Source: Octopus sinensis (Eukaryota). From it: a DNA stretch of 11,690 nt. Both the position numbers and the translations under genes were made by a program. The stretch covers positions 1-11,690 of the forward strand of contig NW_021826880.1 in assembly GCF_006345805.1 (NCBI RefSeq), read 5' to 3'. Positions 7,729 through 11,690 of the stretch are shown in pieces. The notes below the pieces were generated by a model. That model did no database searches. It was given only the letters and a program-made list of their open reading frames with translations, and was not told the origin of the DNA. Numbering within the stretch: the stretch's first letter is position 1; every line of letters starts with the position of its first letter.

Positions 7729-7913
7729 GTGAATGAGGAGTCACTACTCCCGTGAATGGGGAGTCACTACTTCAGTAAACGGGAGTCACTACTCCAGAGA
7801 ATGAGGAATCACTATTTCAGTGAACAAGCGAGACTCTACTTCGGTAAACGGGGGTTTCCATAATCCATTGAACGGAGAACCACTACTCCAACGAACGGCA
7901 GAGTCGTCACTCC
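7729..7913. repeat. Minisatellite of about 8 units of 22-24 bp, consensus approximately GTGAAYGRGGAGTCACTACTCCA
   Basis: Units start at 7729, 7752, 7775, 7797, 7820, 7844, 7868 and 7891. They decay towards the right. Confidence 0.9.
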
Positions 7914-7929
7914 GTTGCTCTTCCTCCTG

Positions 7930-8340
7930 GAAACACAACATTTCTTATTCAAACTCTGAACTGTAGAACTAACGAGTATATTGAACGTTTATCTTTGTAC
8001 CTCTTTCACTGGTCATTCTTATCCTTCAGCTCCCTTCTCACCTCACTTTTTACCTCCAAATTATCCTCACCCGCTTCTTGTTCTCTGTTCATTTATCCTT
8101 TCTCTCTCTCTCTTTCTTTCCTACTTTCTGTATCTTCTGCCCACGCATTTAAGCTCACGTTATGTTGCGTCCCCTCAATTGCGGCATTTTATCAAAGGCA
8201 GAGGATGCTAAAGGCTGATGTCTGTTTACTCTTTTTCATTCTCCTGTCATTTTAACCCTGAAGAAGGATTCTGACTGAAACGTTGGATAAGCCATTCTCC
8301 ACAATAGTTTCACTGTGCTCTTTCTGTCGCTTTTTCGGAA
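7930..8340 (+). mobile_element. Decayed 3' end of a Penelope-like element: GIY-YIG C-terminus, pyrimidine-rich UTR and hammerhead
   Basis: 7930-7997 translates as ETQHFLFKL*TVE, then after indels N...ERLS. This resembles the E..(L/F)IF.LGT..P.G.NER C-terminal motif of Penelope GIY-YIG endonucleases. A C/T-rich tract and HH4 follow on the same strand. The right boundary is approximate. Confidence 0.65.
8252..8290 (+). ncRNA. Minimal type I hammerhead ribozyme motif (HH4)
   Basis: It reads UUAACC-CUGAAGA-[AG gauucuga CU]-GAAAC GUU-GGAUAA. The core is at 8258-8264 and GAAA at 8277-8280. Helix III is the loopless palindrome ACGU. Helix I pairs at 5 of 6 positions. Predicted cleavage is after 8284. 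Confidence 0.75.
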
Positions 8341-9769
8341 TCAAATTTTCTTCCCATCATAACCTAACGTCTTAAAACGTTAATAACACATTGGGTAATG
8401 TAGTGCTCTATCTGATAAAGGAAATGAATTAGTTGTGGCTGAAATACAACACAGCTTCTCATATCTACGGTAGTAATTCACTTACAGGTTCGTATGTTAT
8501 CGAACTCAGAATGGAAGTGGACGTTATGAAATTTGAACTCGTGACACAAAATGATCTAACCAAATCGAACATCGTGGACACCGTGCTCGACAATCAACTG
8601 ATTCTGCAATGAATTTCTAATTATTATTAAGTGCTATTCCCTAATTATTACTGAGTACAATCCTTTTTACATAGTAGTTTTATTTTTCAAATATTTGTTT
8701 TCTCGCTTGATTGATTGCTATTGTTTATGGTAAAGAAGGGAATCATCTTACTAAGAATCTAGTTTTCATTAGTGAAGTGAAAGAAATAACGTATATTATC
8801 TTTATGCATTATTTGATTAAATTTTCTTTTTCATTATAGAATCCTTACCAGTCGTATACAGTTGCTATTTCGATCTAGCTGGATATCATCTGTATGATAT
8901 GGTCAGAATCTGTGATCTATTAAACATTGTATTACATTAAATAAATTTATTTACTATGTAGATTGAATAGGTGTAGTATAAATGTTCATAAATTAAGAAG
9001 GGTATACCTCTCATATATATTAAATATGATCTCCTGCTCACTTATCAAACTATTTTCAATAACAACCGATGCCTTCTGAAACATTACAAGCGCACCAAAA
9101 GAATTACGTATTCGAATCAATGCCTGTTATTAACAAATATGACTGAATTTTCATTTGGTTTTGTGGTGCTGTCTCCTATTTTTAGTCAAACTCTGTGACT
9201 AGTCATCATCTCCCTTCGACGTGGTTGAATAACCACTTCCACCCGGTAACCATTCTCTGTACAATCGATTTCTATACTCAACCCTGGTGTTTTTATCGGT
9301 TTTATTATTCATCCTTTCGATCGCTAAATACAGAAACGTGGCCTGATCAGATGATTCTCCTGAGTCACAATCTCACCCTTGTAACTTCCTTTTATCTTTC
9401 ATTCCGTTGATTTTTACACTTACAAGGTAGCCATCCCTTTTTCTTCTCTTTTCGTTTCTTTCACAATATTCGATGAATGCTGTTCTTCCACCCGTCATCG
9501 GGTTTCATATTTTTATCCCGTAGGATTTCCAATAAATCACCCACTTCACTGCTGGTTATTTCGTTAGAGAAAATAAATATTTCGATGTTGGTATTTTAGA
9601 CGTTTGCTATGAATAATAATATTCCCATCACAAAGTATTTTTTCAGATTATTTTGTTTTTCTTTACTTAATATAAAACTTAATTTCGTTATTAAAAATGC
9701 TACAGTTCTATTATGGTTCAATTTATCTGAGCACAAAATAAACTTATACACAAACATACAGATAAACAC

Positions 9770-10366
9770 ACATATATGCATACATCCATATGTGCATATG
9801 CATTCGTATTTAGATATGTAGGTATATATACAAATATATGTGTCTATATATATATATATATATATTTACATTTATGTGCATATGTATGTGTATGTGCATA
9901 TGTATATGTATGTGTATGTGCACACATGTCAGTATACATATGTTTAAGAAGTAAATAAACTATACATTAAAATACATATGTACAAGCATACGTGACTCTG
10001 TGTGTGCGTGTGTGTGTGTGTGTGTACCCGCGCATGTTGAATCTTATTACGATCTTATTCTATATTCTTTTTGGAAAGATTAATAGATATTTATTTATAT
10101 ACAAACATTTGCATATATGCATGCATACATATATGTATTTATGTATTTATGTATGTAATGTTGTACTTGTGTGTACATGTGTGAAATGTATTTGAGAGTA
10201 TGAGTAAGTATGTGTGGACTAATGAATGATTACACATTTGTATATATATATTGTATTTTGTGTGTGTATTGTGTATGTGTACGCATTTATATGTATGTAT
10301 ATACGTGTATAAGTATATATATAATATATATATATAATGTGTAATATAATATATATATATATATAT

Positions 10367-10425
<59 letters not shown>

Positions 10426-10445
10426 CATGTATATATGTATAATAT
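9770..10445. repeat. Long mosaic of (AT)n, (GT)n and (ATGT)n
   Basis: Read directly from the sequence. A pure (AT)n run spans about 10345-10420. Confidence 0.85.
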
Positions 10446-10477
10446 CAGAAACATAGACAGGAATAGGAAGAAGAATC

Positions 10478-10563
10478 AGAGAGAGAAGAGAGAGAGGAAA
10501 AGAAAGAGAGAAGAGAGAGAGAAAGAGAGAGAGAGAAAGCGGAGAGAGAGAGAGAGAGAGAGA
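10478..10563. repeat. (AG)n-rich microsatellite
   Basis: Read directly from the sequence. Confidence 0.9.
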
Positions 10564-10950
10564 ATCCGATGTTGGGCATAGAGTATGTGGTAGTGATAAT
10601 AGAACACAATAATTGATCTATGTACCATTCCAATAATTTCCACATCAATAATTGAGAACTTGCTGCTACCGACAAGTCTCGTGCTTCATGAAAAGTCATT
10701 AATAGCAACAAATATCGACTCCTCTTGCGTTTCTCGTTTTTTACAGTTTCATTTAACTCACATTGCTTATACTCACCTCCTGAAAACCAGGAATCTCACA
10801 GTTTGGGTGGCAGACCCAGTCCGTTGACCAGTTTAACAGCACTGACCAATAATCCCTTAAAGCTATTAATCATACACCCCACGAACTTCATCTGACCAGT
10901 AGCACTCTTTGGGCTGGTCCTTCGCCAACCTCAGGTCATTATTATAGACC

Positions 10951-11089
10951 CAGGAGTGGCTAAAATGGTTAAGAAAACCGCGTGGTTTCAGCTTCAGTTT
11001 CACTGTGTGTTACATTTGGCAAATGTTTTCACTCACAATGCCCTGTGAGTAAATTTAGTGGGCGGAAACTATGTGGAAATTCGTCATAT
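10951..11089 (+). mobile_element. Diverged head and central part of a family 1 SINE
   Basis: CAGGAGTGGCT...GGTTAAGAA...TTCAGTTTCACTG...TGGCAAATG...GCCCTGTGAGTAAATTTAGTGGGCGGAAACT is colinear with 4861-5000. Confidence 0.7.
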
Positions 11090-11096
11090 ACTCTTA

Positions 11097-11115
11097 CACA
11101 CACACACACACACAT

Positions 11116-11150
<35 letters not shown>
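11097..11150. repeat. Compound (AC)n(AT)n microsatellite
   Basis: Read directly from the sequence. Confidence 0.9.
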
Positions 11151-11151
<1 letters not shown>

Positions 11152-11346
11152 TTCCTTTTGGGGTTTGGTTTGCAAAATTCTTTATGTGAGTTTGTGTTTT
11201 GAAGCATATTTTCTGTGTGTATCTAGGGAGAGTCATTCTCTTTAGGCCTTATTATTTAACACACTCACCGATAAAATTTCCACTCATTTACTTATTTACT
11301 TTCCTAAAATTTTCGTTGCATCTTGCAACCTTTTCAATAGTTGTTG
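11151..11346. mobile_element. Interspersed repeat fragment next to (TA)n, carrying a hammerhead-like motif on the minus strand
   Basis: Complex sequence between (TA)n and the truncated SINE at 11347. It resembles an octopus repeat (from memory) and contains the hairpin GTTGCA-N3-TGCAAC. Confidence 0.4.
11304..11340 (-). ncRNA. Possible variant hammerhead (HH5) with U3/A8 core substitutions
   Basis: The minus strand reads CUA-UUGAAAA-G-[GUUGCA aga UGCAAC]-GAAAA UUU-UAG. Helix II is a perfect 6 bp and helix III is the palindrome AAUU. Helix I is only 3 bp and the UUU triplet is weak. Confidence 0.35.
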
Positions 11347-11410
11347 ACTCGGGCCGATTAAAGCCTTGTGAATAGATCTGGTAGACGGAAACTGAAAGAA
11401 GCCCGTCTTG

Positions 11411-11453
<43 letters not shown>

Positions 11454-11690
11454 TATGTATATATTTATATTTATGTGTGTGTGTGCGTTTGTGTCTCTGT
11501 TTGTCCCCCACAATCGCTTGATAACCGATGTTGGTTTGTTTATGTCACCGTAACTTAGCGGTTCGGCAATAGAGACCGATAGATTAAGTACTTAGCTTAC
11601 AAAGAATAAGTCCTGGGGTCGATTTGTTCGACTAAAGGCTGTGCTGAAGCATGGCCTCAGTCAAATGACTGAAACGTATGAAAGAGTATA
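11347..11690 (+). mobile_element. 5'-truncated family 1 SINE with an internal (TA)n/(TG)n tract and an intact 3' tail
   Basis: It has GGGCCGATTAAAGCCTTGTG...GACGGAAACTGAAAGAAGCCCGTC, then the microsatellite, then a tail matching 5085-5266 that ends AGTCAAATGACTGAAAC. Confidence 0.9.

Noticed and set aside
7729-7913. CRISPR-like appearance of the palindromic repeat
   Set aside because: The units are contiguous with no spacers, the context is eukaryotic and there are no cas genes.
11640-11685. AGTC-AAAT-GACT hairpin followed by GAAACGTA in the SINE tail
   Set aside because: It looks like half a hammerhead but has no CUGANGA at the right place. A LINE-type 3' stem-loop explains it better.

Overview
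AT-rich eukaryotic non-coding DNA crowded with microsatellites and retroelements. The SINE families look like octopus (cephalopod) repeats, which I recognise from memory and did not search. I find no intact protein-coding gene, and most ORFs in the track are translated microsatellites. Four things stand out. (1) At 1303-3530 a head-to-tail, all-minus-strand array holds three different decayed R4/Dong-like non-LTR retrotransposon fragments (RLE endonuclease end) plus one non-coding element, mostly separated by (AAT)n. (2) Four type I hammerhead ribozyme motifs with complete catalytic cores and short palindromic helix III lie at 880-966(-), 1221-1288(-), 6378-6472(+) and 8252-8290(+), and a fifth, weaker variant lies at 11304-11340(-). 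They are unrelated in sequence. The 8252 motif lies about 255 nt downstream of a decayed Penelope-like GIY-YIG C-terminus. (3) There are several tRNA-derived SINEs of two families. (4) A 23-bp hairpin minisatellite lies at 7729-7913. Hammerheads in Penelope-like elements are a known class. The unusual points here are their density, their diversity and their long helix II insertions. All folds were done by eye and ribozyme activity is untested.
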